In this document: piece after piece, positions 41,201 to 49,598 of the stretch
How positions within the stretch are numbered: position 1 is the stretch's first letter
How the letters are laid out: every line of letters starts with the position of its first letter
DNA from: an uncultured virus (IMG/VR IMGVR_UViG_3300006922_000014)
Taxonomy: Duplodnaviria; Heunggongvirae; Uroviricota; Caudoviricetes
Reading direction: 5' to 3' (one strand)
Virus record (IMG/VR): IMGVR_UViG_3300006922_000014
DNA: 64,000 nucleotides
The notes under the pieces: model-generated
Databases searched by the model: none
Told to the model about the DNA's origin: nothing
Seen by the model: the letters and a program-made list of their open reading frames with translations, nothing else
Position numbers and translations under genes: made by a program

Positions 41201-44039
41201 AGAACTCTCAGGTGAAAAAGATCTTCAAAGGTTATATGACTTTATGCTTGAGTTTGATGATAATAAAAGATTCACAGGTTTCTATACTACAAGAGTAGGT
41301 CAGAATTATTTAAATGAAAAGAAAGCATTAAGAGATAAACTTTATGATGCTAATGGTAAGCCAAGAAAATATTTTCCTATTTATTCTTTAGCTAACGCTG
41401 ACCCTATTCAAATAGAAAAGAATAAACAACTGTACAGAGATAAGAAAGCTTTTGCTGATTTTATGCAAGGAGAAAAACTAGAAGATGGTGTTCTAACTTC
41501 AGGAACATTTCATCAATATACACAAGAGTTTATTGATGTTAGAAAAAATTATGAGTATGCTCAAGTGTGGTCTAATGGGGAAGGTGTTACCTGGATTAAA
41601 AAACCGGGTGTCCCACAAACTGCTTATGATGTATATAAAAACAAATACTATTATAAGGTAGAGTATACAAAAACTTTTAAAGATGCAAACAGAGAACCTA
41701 CTGGAGCTATTAAAGAAAACAAAAATTTTGATGCTGTAAAGCCTGATTATGTTGAGGTTAAAGATGAAAGATCAGACACAGGTGCTAGCTTACTCAATCC
41801 TAAGTATGAAGCTATAATGAATCCAACTGATCAATTGGGTGAAGCCAGGAAGCAATACTACTTGAAATTTGTAGAGCATTATGAAGATTTGCTTAAAAAA
41901 TTACCAAGAAGTCAACGAATGCAAATGCTAGGTAAGGTACCTGTTATTGCTAACAACTTTGTGGATGAGGTAATGACTAAACCATCATTCTTTGCTAGAA
42001 TGATACCTAAGTTTTTAGGAAGTATAAAGAACTTATTTACTGAAACATCAGAGCAAAAGGTTGTTCTTTTAAATGAGCAGGGAAAATTAGTAGATACTCT
42101 TCCTGTATTTTACACTGGTAATCCAAGGGTAGAAGGACAACTTGAAAAAGTATATGAAGACATTCAAGATCTTAAAGATAAAAGAATGAATGGTGGTATT
42201 AATGTTGACCAATATAAAAAAGAAAGAGCAGTATTAGAAGCTGAAGCAGCCAAGTTAAGATCACAACCTACACTTGGTGAAGTTAGTACAGACATGACTA
42301 AAAGTTTAGTTAAGTTTGCAAGTATGGCAGAAAACTTTGAGGTGATGGGTCAAATAGAAGACACATTACAAGCAATGGTACAAGCCTTAAAAATGAGAGC
42401 TTATAAAGAACCAGGTACAGCGCTTGAGTTAATTGCAAAAATAAAACAAGGATCACAAGGCTTTGTGAATACAGTTGTAGGTAGAGATAGCCAAACCGGT
42501 TTGCAAAGTAATGCAGAAAAACGTGCTCATCATTGGATGAAAATGGTTTACTATGATAATGATAAAATAACTAAAGGTGCCGTAGACAAGTTAGCAGGTG
42601 GATTAATTAATCTGTCTTCATTGTCTTATGTGGCTTTTAACATATTTGGTAACTTTAATAACTTGACTCTAGGTCAAATTAACAATTACATAGAAGCTGC
42701 CGGTGGTTTATTTTATACAGCAGGAGATTATACTGAAGCTACTAAAATGTTTTATACTATGGGTACCCAAGGTATGATAGAGAGAACAGCTAATGCTGTT
42801 GAGTCAGCAGCTGATTTTACAGGTAGAGTAGTGACCGGTAATAATTTACAAATAAAAAGAGGAAACTACGATCCAGATAAAGCACTTAATAAATATGAAG
42901 CAATAGTTCAGTATTTTAGAATGATGGACGATGATGCAGATATAAGAGAACAGTTTGGATTAGGTGATGGTGAAACTTTATGGTCAAGATTCACAAACTT
43001 TGGTTACTCTTTTAACCAGGGTGCTGAATACAAAGTTCAAAGTACTGTGGGTATGGCTATGCTATTAGGTACACAAATATCTAATGGTGAAGATTCTCTA
43101 AATCTAGTTGATGCTTTAGACTTTGATCAGTCAACTGGTAAAGTAACTATGAGAGAAGGTTATGATACAATTATCAATAAAGATGGATCTACTACAGAAT
43201 ATACAGATGGGTGGAGATATGAAATGAGAAATAATATACGTGAAGTAAACAAGCAGATACATGGTAACTATGCTAGAGAAGATAGAATGGTTATTCAAAA
43301 TAACTTTACTGGTATATTAATGGCACAGTTTCACAAGTGGGTTATGCCTGCTTTTAGAGCAAGGTTCCAAGAAAATTATTATGATCAAAACTTAGGTTGG
43401 TTAGAAGGTAGATATACATCTGCATTTAAGTTTTTAAATCATATACGAAAAACTGCTGTAACTGGTGAAAGAGGTATGGCTAAGTTTGGTTTAGCAGAGT
43501 TAGGTAAATCATTTAAAGAGGAGTACGGACTTGTAGATGGAAGATACGATGAGGGTAAAGCAAACATGATGCTTAAAAATGTATATAGAACATTAGGTGA
43601 AGCAATGATACTGCTAATTATTCATATTCTAGATGAGACTTTAGTTGGTGGAGATGATGATGACCCTATCCTTATTAAAAAGCTTAGAAACTTTGGCGCT
43701 TATCAAGCAAACAGAACTTATAAAGAGATGGTTTTATTTAACCCTTTACCTACACTAGGTGGTTACCAACAAGTATATCAGATGTTAAAATCTCCTATAG
43801 CTGCTACACGAACTCTTGGAGAGCTAGGTGAATTACTTGACCTTACTTTTGGTACTGCATTTGGTCTACTGGTTTATAGTGATAAAGAATTTAATGAAAA
43901 CAGTAAATATGTATATCAGAACAAACCTAAGAAAGGTATGTGGAAGCTAGAAAAAAACTTCTATGATGTAGTTCCTGTATTATATACTTTACAAAAATGG
44001 AAAAACTTTGAAAAACTTGAAAGTTTTTATATTAAATAA
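38292..44039 (+). CDS. Large virion cargo protein with degenerate zincin-like and PD-(D/E)xK-like segments
   Basis: IEEVLHPF stands where HExxH is expected; ASKADIVLV...GQLKILQIQ resembles an eroded nuclease motif. The C-terminal region (MAQFHKWV, hydrophobic helix) is typical of ejection proteins. Confidence 0.55.
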   Translation: MGKCHNKNLTTYKNLKKVFKTDIITNNVINQYQRLSKSDTIPTVVEAQNMIADRKVLFNLKQEEFGVALLNNLRRLNIIHSFGGRYYINNTDSDTLQPSQTLIDSNVRRLNRYLEINNIPIESVDIVKTKKTFSVSIDPSIFSATDMLESSRAWDKPRARKVVSHLMRMFPGINVKLMSVKDAENLYASIPQWKKAKVPFNKINSFYLDGTAILINGRVTDEIAIEEVLHPFIDAVKLDNENLFNSLLDEAQRNFPEMTQQIKDAYRGKRRFTEADVQLEIVTQALSRHFNNEYENTPTKSFTDKIKQFLDWFSKIIKNLNEVITGRVIEVNNISEKATLSDIAKLLNTDGISFKLDTPVNGRIRYSLSPEKQKIVNVAKKEGGVLQRRMIDRLFHNVESAKEESDTLSASEGVTFNSDDLVILNKEDGKYYSLTSKKPFISAKEALGRKETKEQQLIKNDLSTMLDAIASHESFDKISDKITNIETEVAKQAFSNIVNQVNTVKSQGDVMLTNVVFHDAYTEIASKADIVLVASTGQLKILQIQLNESNVLKTNPKTWTKGIFTSTKDMGILYGDKKNPYNVDKVTLAETSMYAKLTDTKSLTLKTLDALEVNLLQRMVENMGYDIEYGVGNVASLLVSYNGKKIRFDGNEPHGYKQNAEKVNILIPAIDTKLAEQEISDQVLKDAAEQIYNAEQDIESAENFADTVDPSEYPEQGTVLGALETYEKALKSKQEVEDLLKENIYRDRSKEDVQEEIASTLSYIALAKQEGPISQSRVYTRLLQDALRQMKSFKEYATDPKNQSKKEYITYILNFNRFLSTFEGLHAIEANKELNATQRSLLGSINIELTQLLGNDIVSDVGANRGIIKTAILDYVATVIRAFAKKGKKTDAETVIQSHSGQTITLDDLDELFTLVPDISNSELYAKDLATSKDVILATMDKIFKFKKQEFLDKVQARKADILDAGKTLLELSGEKDLQRLYDFMLEFDDNKRFTGFYTTRVGQNYLNEKKALRDKLYDANGKPRKYFPIYSLANADPIQIEKNKQLYRDKKAFADFMQGEKLEDGVLTSGTFHQYTQEFIDVRKNYEYAQVWSNGEGVTWIKKPGVPQTAYDVYKNKYYYKVEYTKTFKDANREPTGAIKENKNFDAVKPDYVEVKDERSDTGASLLNPKYEAIMNPTDQLGEARKQYYLKFVEHYEDLLKKLPRSQRMQMLGKVPVIANNFVDEVMTKPSFFARMIPKFLGSIKNLFTETSEQKVVLLNEQGKLVDTLPVFYTGNPRVEGQLEKVYEDIQDLKDKRMNGGINVDQYKKERAVLEAEAAKLRSQPTLGEVSTDMTKSLVKFASMAENFEVMGQIEDTLQAMVQALKMRAYKEPGTALELIAKIKQGSQGFVNTVVGRDSQTGLQSNAEKRAHHWMKMVYYDNDKITKGAVDKLAGGLINLSSLSYVAFNIFGNFNNLTLGQINNYIEAAGGLFYTAGDYTEATKMFYTMGTQGMIERTANAVESAADFTGRVVTGNNLQIKRGNYDPDKALNKYEAIVQYFRMMDDDADIREQFGLGDGETLWSRFTNFGYSFNQGAEYKVQSTVGMAMLLGTQISNGEDSLNLVDALDFDQSTGKVTMREGYDTIINKDGSTTEYTDGWRYEMRNNIREVNKQIHGNYAREDRMVIQNNFTGILMAQFHKWVMPAFRARFQENYYDQNLGWLEGRYTSAFKFLNHIRKTAVTGERGMAKFGLAELGKSFKEEYGLVDGRYDEGKANMMLKNVYRTLGEAMILLIIHILDETLVGGDDDDPILIKKLRNFGAYQANRTYKEMVLFNPLPTLGGYQQVYQMLKSPIAATRTLGELGELLDLTFGTAFGLLVYSDKEFNENSKYVYQNKPKKGMWKLEKNFYDVVPVLYTLQKWKNFEKLESFYIK

Positions 44040-44080
44040 GACAAATTAACAGGTTAAAATCCTAGGGATGACGGTATAAT

Positions 44081-44098
44081 TGTGTATATTATAGTATA
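44081..44098 (+). promoter_or_regulatory. Candidate late promoter TGTGTATATTA-TAGTATA
   Basis: One-mismatch copy of the recurring motif, upstream of the holin. Confidence 0.5.
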
Positions 44099-44132
44099 AC
44101 CTCCCAAGAATTAAAGTAAATGAGACTAATAA

Positions 44133-44546
44133 ATGACAACTAAATTATTCATAGTGAGCATAACAGCATTTTGTACGTACTTATGTACGTACTTTTTTGA
44201 TTTATCAATGGAAAACATGGAACAATACTTGGCCGTTTGTTCAGTATTATGGTTAGATGGCATTTTTGGAGTTTGGGCTGGCTGTAAAAGAGAAGGATTT
44301 AAAACATATAAAGCGTTAAGAATTACTAGAAACACCTTTGCGTGGATAGCCATTCTGACCGTTATACTAATGGTAGAAAAAGGATTTACAGGAACAGGCT
44401 GGCTATCCGAGGTAGTTGTTGTACCCTTTATGATACTACAACTTATTAGTGCTTTAAAAAATGCTTCTATGGCAGGTTTAATAAAGACAGAAGAACTTAA
44501 TAAAATTTTAGATAGAATTGATAATCATAAAGGACCTAGAACTTAG
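44133..44546 (+). CDS. Holin (phage holin family 4-like)
   Basis: 137 aa with 3-4 hydrophobic helices and the pattern LDGIFGVWAG.KRE...QLISALKN. Confidence 0.7.
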   Translation: MTTKLFIVSITAFCTYLCTYFFDLSMENMEQYLAVCSVLWLDGIFGVWAGCKREGFKTYKALRITRNTFAWIAILTVILMVEKGFTGTGWLSEVVVVPFMILQLISALKNASMAGLIKTEELNKILDRIDNHKGPRT

Positions 44547-46168
44547 CCTTCACAACTAGAACATTCTAATATATTACGAGCAAAGTCCTGTGCACTACTC
44601 TTACTAAACTGATAGTACAAAGTCTTTACACCTTCTTCCCAAGCATACATATATAGTTTGTTTATATCTTTAGCTGACACAGATGGATCTATCATTAAGT
44701 TTAATGACTGTGATTGATCAATATACTTTTGTCTTTGTGCTGCCTGCAATACAATCTCTTTTGGAGATATCTCAACAAATGATTTAAATACTTCTTTAGT
44801 TGGAAAATCTAAATGTTGTACACTACCATCTTTTTTTAAGATAGACTTCCAAGTCTTATCTGTATTTAGACCATGCTTCTCAAGCTCCTCTTCTAAGAAA
44901 GGGTTCTTGTAAATAGTCTTAGACTTAGCAAGATCCTTAATAAAGTAGTTAGACTTGATAGGCTCTATACCCATAGATACAGCACCGTGTATAAATGAAC
45001 TAGACTTAGTAGGAGCAATGGCCATAAGAGTAGTGTTAGCATACCCTTCTCTAAGAGATGTGTATCCATACTCATTATGTAACTCTCTAGAAGCAATCTC
45101 ACTTCTGTCTTTAAGTGTTCTGAAGATCTCACTGTTCAATCCTTTAGCTTGCAATGAGTCAAACTCAAGAAGCTTAGACTGAAACAAAGAGTGGTATCCT
45201 AAAACACCAAGTCCAATTGCTCTATGCTTCTCAGCAAAGTTAAACGCTCTCTTCATACCCGGCATAGTCTCAGACTTTATAATGAATTCATCCATTACTG
45301 CATTTAAGAAATATACATATGTTTCAATTGCGTCAGTTTCTTTTATCTGATCCCAGTGCAACAGGTTGATAGAACCAAGGCAACATACAAAAGAGTTATA
45401 ACTATCTGTAGGAAGCTGGATCTCTGAGCATAAATTAGATGCTGTAATATCCATCCCAAGTTCTTTGTAAGGAGAATTGTTATTAGAATTATCTTTAAAC
45501 ATAATATAAGGAAATCCAAACTCACTTCTGTTCTGAATAATCTTAGCCCATACTTTACGTTTATCTTTGTCTCCTTCTTTCATCTCAGTCATCCATTGAT
45601 CAGTAACTGTAACACCATACTGTAAATTTTGTATAGGATTACCCTCTGTACCAATATCCAAGAACTCTAGGATGTCTGCATGCTCAACTGGTAGGTATAC
45701 TGCACAAGCACCACGTCTGGCCTCAGACTGCTTACATACATCTACTACAGTATCATATATCTTAGCGTAGTGCACTGGACCATCAGCAAAGCCACCTGTA
45801 GATATTTCAGTTCCTCTTGCCCTAATGTTGCCAATAAAAGCACTTGTACCTCCCCCATATTTACTCATCATTCCAATTTCACGGCCTGCATTTAATATGC
45901 TATCTAAGTTATCATCAACGTTAGATCCATAACAGCTTATAGGTAAACCTTTTTGTTTACCAAAGTTAATCCATACAGGAGTAGACAAAGAGTAAAACCC
46001 TCTTGCCATGTAGTCCTCAAACTTTTCTGCAAAACCTTTTATATTCAAATACTTTTCCGCTTTAATAGCAATGTCTTTGATTCTTTGCTCAGGGGATTCT
46101 GATATATATCCCCTTGATAAAAATGTACGGCTATCTTTATTAAGCCAATAGTATTTATTGTATTCCAT
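44543..46168 (-). CDS. nrdA: Ribonucleotide reductase class I alpha subunit, without an ATP cone
   Basis: PISC, GGGTS, SNLCSEI (thiyl-radical Cys), APTKSSS, KTLYY and a C-terminal CSSCEG redox pair. Confidence 0.95.
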   Translation of the reverse strand: MEYNKYYWLNKDSRTFLSRGYISESPEQRIKDIAIKAEKYLNIKGFAEKFEDYMARGFYSLSTPVWINFGKQKGLPISCYGSNVDDNLDSILNAGREIGMMSKYGGGTSAFIGNIRARGTEISTGGFADGPVHYAKIYDTVVDVCKQSEARRGACAVYLPVEHADILEFLDIGTEGNPIQNLQYGVTVTDQWMTEMKEGDKDKRKVWAKIIQNRSEFGFPYIMFKDNSNNNSPYKELGMDITASNLCSEIQLPTDSYNSFVCCLGSINLLHWDQIKETDAIETYVYFLNAVMDEFIIKSETMPGMKRAFNFAEKHRAIGLGVLGYHSLFQSKLLEFDSLQAKGLNSEIFRTLKDRSEIASRELHNEYGYTSLREGYANTTLMAIAPTKSSSFIHGAVSMGIEPIKSNYFIKDLAKSKTIYKNPFLEEELEKHGLNTDKTWKSILKKDGSVQHLDFPTKEVFKSFVEISPKEIVLQAAQRQKYIDQSQSLNLMIDPSVSAKDINKLYMYAWEEGVKTLYYQFSKSSAQDFARNILECSSCEG

Positions 46169-46178
46169 GCTGGTTTGT

Positions 46179-46319
46179 TTAAATTGTTCTGTTTCTTCTT
46201 TTGTTGTCCCACTGGACCTTTTTAGATCTACCCAACATCATAAATTTAGAAACTCTTTGATTGAAGTTTCCTCTTTCTGTATTTAGTTGGGTATTACCTG
46301 TTGTTTGTTCTGAATTCAT
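46179..46319 (-). CDS. Small basic hypothetical protein (46 aa) between nrdB and nrdA
   Basis: Manual translation gives MNSEQTTGNTQLNTERGNFNQRVSKFMMLGRSKKVQWDNKRRNRTI*. It fills the intergenic gap with 10-nt spacers on each side. Confidence 0.55.
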   Translation of the reverse strand: MNSEQTTGNTQLNTERGNFNQRVSKFMMLGRSKKVQWDNKRRNRTI

Positions 46320-46329
46320 TATTTAATTA

Positions 46330-47310
46330 TTAAAATAGATCATCAACTGTGATGCTCTTGCTTTTCTTATTATAGTCAACACTCTTTTTGTAAAAGAAGT
46401 CTCCCTCTTTAGTACCAGTGATCTCTATATCAAACCATTCTACTGCTTTTAATATTTCTTGATCTACTTCAAAGATTGGTTTCATACCTATCTTTTCTAG
46501 AGAGTTGTTGAATCTATTTTTTATAAAGTGTTGTATTGTATTCTGTGGTAAGAAGCTAAGTTCTCCTTTCTCAAAGATCCAATCAAGTATACCGCACTCT
46601 GCTCTATATGCTTTTCTACATGCTGAATCTATTAGATCTTCAAACTCCTGATCAAACCATTCTGGATTTTCTCTTTTGATTATATTAATAATCTCAGCAC
46701 CAAAGTTTCCGTGTATCTCTTCTTCTTTACTAGTAGCTTCAACAACATTAGATATGCCTTTAAGCACATTCTTTTCCTTGTTAAAGCTCATCATAATTAA
46801 GAACTGACTAAACAAGCTTACGTGTTCTATAAACAAAGAGAATAGCAATACAGACTTAGTATACATTTTATTGTCTCTAGAGCGTGTACCATCTAGGTAC
46901 TTCTTTAAGTACTTAAGTCTACCTTCTATTGCAGGCACCTCAACTACTGATTGAAATTCTTTTTCTAATCCTAGTATTCTAAGCAGCCTGGCGTAAGCAT
47001 CTTTATGTCTAACTTCTGACTCAGCAAAAGTAAATCCTACATCACCTACTTCTGTGATAGGCATTCTCTTATATAGATCTCCCCAAAAGGTTTTTACATT
47101 TACTTCTATTTGCGCAATTGCAAGCATTGTCTTTTTAATGACATCTTTTTCTTCATTTGATATAGTGACTTTAAAGTCTTGTATGTCTTCTGTAAAGTTG
47201 AATTCTGTATCAATCCAGTACGAGTGCCTAATTGCATCTTTGTATGCTAGTAGTTGTGGATATTCATAAGGCAATATGTTTACTCTGGGTTTAAAGATGT
47301 CTTTGTTCAT
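46330..47310 (-). CDS. nrdB: Ribonucleotide reductase beta subunit, class Id-like
   Basis: Ferritin-like ligands QIEVNVK, ESEVRH..AY, IEHVSLF and EEEIH; C-terminal DFF...KSITVDDLF. Confidence 0.95.
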   Translation of the reverse strand: MNKDIFKPRVNILPYEYPQLLAYKDAIRHSYWIDTEFNFTEDIQDFKVTISNEEKDVIKKTMLAIAQIEVNVKTFWGDLYKRMPITEVGDVGFTFAESEVRHKDAYARLLRILGLEKEFQSVVEVPAIEGRLKYLKKYLDGTRSRDNKMYTKSVLLFSLFIEHVSLFSQFLIMMSFNKEKNVLKGISNVVEATSKEEEIHGNFGAEIINIIKRENPEWFDQEFEDLIDSACRKAYRAECGILDWIFEKGELSFLPQNTIQHFIKNRFNNSLEKIGMKPIFEVDQEILKAVEWFDIEITGTKEGDFFYKKSVDYNKKSKSITVDDLF

Positions 47311-47330
47311 TGTATAATTTATTAAGGATT

Positions 47331-47364
47331 AAAAAGCCGCACCCCTCTTTGGAAGAATGCAGCT
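47331..47364 (-). terminator. GU-rich hairpin plus U-tract in the nrdB leader (terminator or attenuator-like)
   Basis: Minus strand reads AGCUGCAUUCUU-CCAAAG-AGGGGUGCGGCU-UUUU, about 20 nt before the nrdB ATG. Confidence 0.5.
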
Positions 47365-47409
47365 GTCAGATAGATATAATTTAAAAAAAAATTATCTTAT
47401 ATGAAAGGA

Positions 47410-47598
47410 TTATAACCTAATATTCACAAAAGATAATGTTAAAAATATAAGACCTATCTCTAAACCGTTGACCCAACGGTATTTATCATCATCACATAAA
47501 ACTTCACAGTTTACAGTTTTAAAACCAAGTAGTGTTTCTGTTGGTAAAAACTCAATGTTAAATCTATTCTTAAATACTAAAGGATTTACTTTACTCAT
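47410..47598 (-). CDS. Small hypothetical membrane-associated protein
   Basis: 62-aa ORF with a hydrophobic C-terminus, downstream of a minus-strand TATATTTG box. Confidence 0.5.
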   Translation of the reverse strand: MSKVNPLVFKNRFNIEFLPTETLLGFKTVNCEVLCDDDKYRWVNGLEIGLIFLTLSFVNIRL

Positions 47599-47629
47599 AA
47601 AATATTAATTAAAGGTTTTTGTCAGAATT

Positions 47630-47723
47630 TTTGTATATTACTTATATAGTTATCTACCTGACTGTAGACAAATATACCAATATATTTGATTAGGTTAATC
47701 AAAATTTGTATATTATTAGTATA
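47630..47723. promoter_or_regulatory. Divergent promoter region
   Basis: Two TTTGTATATTA copies (47630, 47705) flank the inverted repeat CAAATATA-CCAA-TATATTTG (47669-47688), which gives a TAnnTTTG box on each strand. Confidence 0.6.
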
Positions 47724-47743
47724 GTACTTTAAAATTAAATAAG

Positions 47744-47908
47744 ATGATTAAAAAAATACTACATGTGTTATGGACTTTTAGCTTACAAGACTATTGGAAA
47801 TGGGTTTGGTCAAAAACAGAAGTTGATGAAAAAGTTATTATAGGTGCTAAAAAAACCAAAAAAAGAACTAAAGCTGTAGTCAAGGCTATTAAAGGAAAAA
47901 AGAAATAG
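47744..47908 (+). CDS. Small basic hypothetical protein (54 aa)
   Basis: Manual translation gives MIKKILHVLWTFSLQDYWKWVWSKTEVDEK...KAIKGKKK*. First ORF after the promoter. Confidence 0.55.
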   Translation: MIKKILHVLWTFSLQDYWKWVWSKTEVDEKVIIGAKKTKKRTKAVVKAIKGKKK

Positions 47909-48010
47909 ATGAGACAAGTATGTTTATTAATACAATGGTTGTCAAGGGGCAAAGTATGCCTGGGACACTGCCGTCAAGGTCTTTGTAAAAAAACTAAAAG
48001 TAAAATATAA
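47909..48010 (+). CDS. Cys-rich basic peptide (33 aa)
   Basis: MRQVCLLIQWLSRGKVCLGHCRQGLCKKTKSKI*; abuts both neighbours (TAGATG, TAATG). Confidence 0.45.
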   Translation: MRQVCLLIQWLSRGKVCLGHCRQGLCKKTKSKI

Positions 48011-48159
48011 TGGGAGATTGGGAACTAGAGATAGCGTTTCATTGGCCACATGATAGACTAGCTTTAGGCTGGGAAATAATGAGACCCGATGAATCATATA
48101 ACTATACTACAGTAAAAGCTTATTTACTTATTTGCACATTAACGTTAGATGTATCATGA
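48010..48159 (+). CDS. Small hypothetical protein (49 aa)
   Basis: MGDWELEIAFHWPHDRLALGWEIMRPDESYNYTTVKAYLLICTLTLDVS*; coupled to the next gene by ATGA. Confidence 0.55.
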   Translation: MGDWELEIAFHWPHDRLALGWEIMRPDESYNYTTVKAYLLICTLTLDVS

Positions 48160-48389
48160 AATATAAAAAAAAAGGTGGAGGACTTAATCCTCAAAAAGTA
48201 ACAAGACAGAAATCAAAACTATTATGTAGAATGGCTAATGGTGGAGAATCTGCATTAGATAATATTATGCTTAGTTCAATGGAGCAAAAGATGACTAAAG
48301 GTGGAGACGCTAAAAGAGTAGTATCAAAAGCTGATAGAACTGAAAAATTACAATCTTATAAACGAGGTGGGTGGACTCACTCAGGATAA
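48156..48389 (+). CDS. Small basic GG-motif protein (77 aa)
   Basis: Start moved to ATG 48156 (ATGA overlap). Contains KKKGG, MANGG, MTKGG and YKRGG. Confidence 0.6.
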   Translation: MKYKKKGGGLNPQKVTRQKSKLLCRMANGGESALDNIMLSSMEQKMTKGGDAKRVVSKADRTEKLQSYKRGGWTHSG

Positions 48390-48395
48390 TACCAT

Positions 48396-49589
48396 ATGAA
48401 CATTTTAACAGACATATTAAGTTTAATAAGACAAAACAAGTTTTCTAAAGTTGCTGAAAGAGATGATGTTCTTGTACTAGGTAAATGGAATGAACAACCT
48501 GATATGACTGGTGTTGCATCTCCTATACCGTATAAGTCTGTTAAGCTTATTAAAATAAAAGACTTCAAAGTAGAAGGAACTAAATGTGATTATAAAAATA
48601 CACCGGAAAAACCTTCTGGTGATATTGCTACTATATATCAGAAGACAGAGACTGATCCAATAACAGGAGAGTGTACTGTATATTTCCGTACATTAAAGTC
48701 TTTGAGTACAAATTTAACCTTAGCTCAGTCAGCTGATAATGATTATGTAGAAATAGATACATCAGGAGAACCCAACTTAGCAGCTAATGTAGGTACAGGT
48801 TTTGGATTATGGAAAAATAAAGTTGGTGAGACACTCAATTTTAAATCTATAATAGCTGGAGATAACATTACTATAGCAGAATCACCTGATCAAATTACTA
48901 TTAATGCTACAAGCTCAGGCGGTGTAACCTATACTTTTTCAAGTTCACCACAATCAACAGGTGGGCCTCAACATGTAAATCTAAATCTTGATGGTTCAGA
49001 CGGGTCATTAAATAATGTAAAGCTTTTTGCAGGATCTAATGTATCAATAACAGATAATGGTTCAAATGAAGTAACAATTTCATCTAGCGGTGGTATGACT
49101 TCCTTCAATGTATATGATGAGAACCCAGGTGGAGCAGGTCCAGGTTTTGCTGTAAGTCAATCAGATAACGTTTTAATGTGGGGACGCAATGGTATAGAAA
49201 CAATAACCGGTGTTCCTTTAGGATCAACAGCCAATCCTAAGTCAATTGCTATGGGATTATCTCATTACTATGAGGCATATGTATCTCAAGTAACTCAGCT
49301 AGGTAACGATGCACCTACAGAGAATGTCATTTATAATGATACAGGAAGAACTTTATCATGGTCAAGACCTACCGTTGGACGCTACACTGCAACTTGGTCA
49401 ACATCAGTTGATCCAAGTAAAGTAACTATAAACATTGCACAAGTATTTAAAAATCATCCAAACATAGCTAATATTATTGGTGTAACTGGAAATGGTTTTA
49501 CTATCACTACTAATTCAGCTGAAAACTCAGCTATAGCTGATGATAGTATTTTATTTGATACACCATTAGAAATAAGAATATACCCTTAA
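48396..49589 (+). CDS. Fibre/spike-like structural protein
   Basis: Ser/Thr/Gly-rich beta-type repeats (AGDNITI, AGSNVSI). N- and C-terminal regions resemble those of the 967-aa protein. Confidence 0.6.
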   Translation: MNILTDILSLIRQNKFSKVAERDDVLVLGKWNEQPDMTGVASPIPYKSVKLIKIKDFKVEGTKCDYKNTPEKPSGDIATIYQKTETDPITGECTVYFRTLKSLSTNLTLAQSADNDYVEIDTSGEPNLAANVGTGFGLWKNKVGETLNFKSIIAGDNITIAESPDQITINATSSGGVTYTFSSSPQSTGGPQHVNLNLDGSDGSLNNVKLFAGSNVSITDNGSNEVTISSSGGMTSFNVYDENPGGAGPGFAVSQSDNVLMWGRNGIETITGVPLGSTANPKSIAMGLSHYYEAYVSQVTQLGNDAPTENVIYNDTGRTLSWSRPTVGRYTATWSTSVDPSKVTINIAQVFKNHPNIANIIGVTGNGFTITTNSAENSAIADDSILFDTPLEIRIYP

Positions 49590-49598
49590 ATTAAAGAG

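Noticed and set aside
44172..44193. Tandem TGTACGTACT repeat in the holin gene
   Set aside because: Only two copies, encoding CTYLCTYF, with no sign of a regulatory or phase-variable role.
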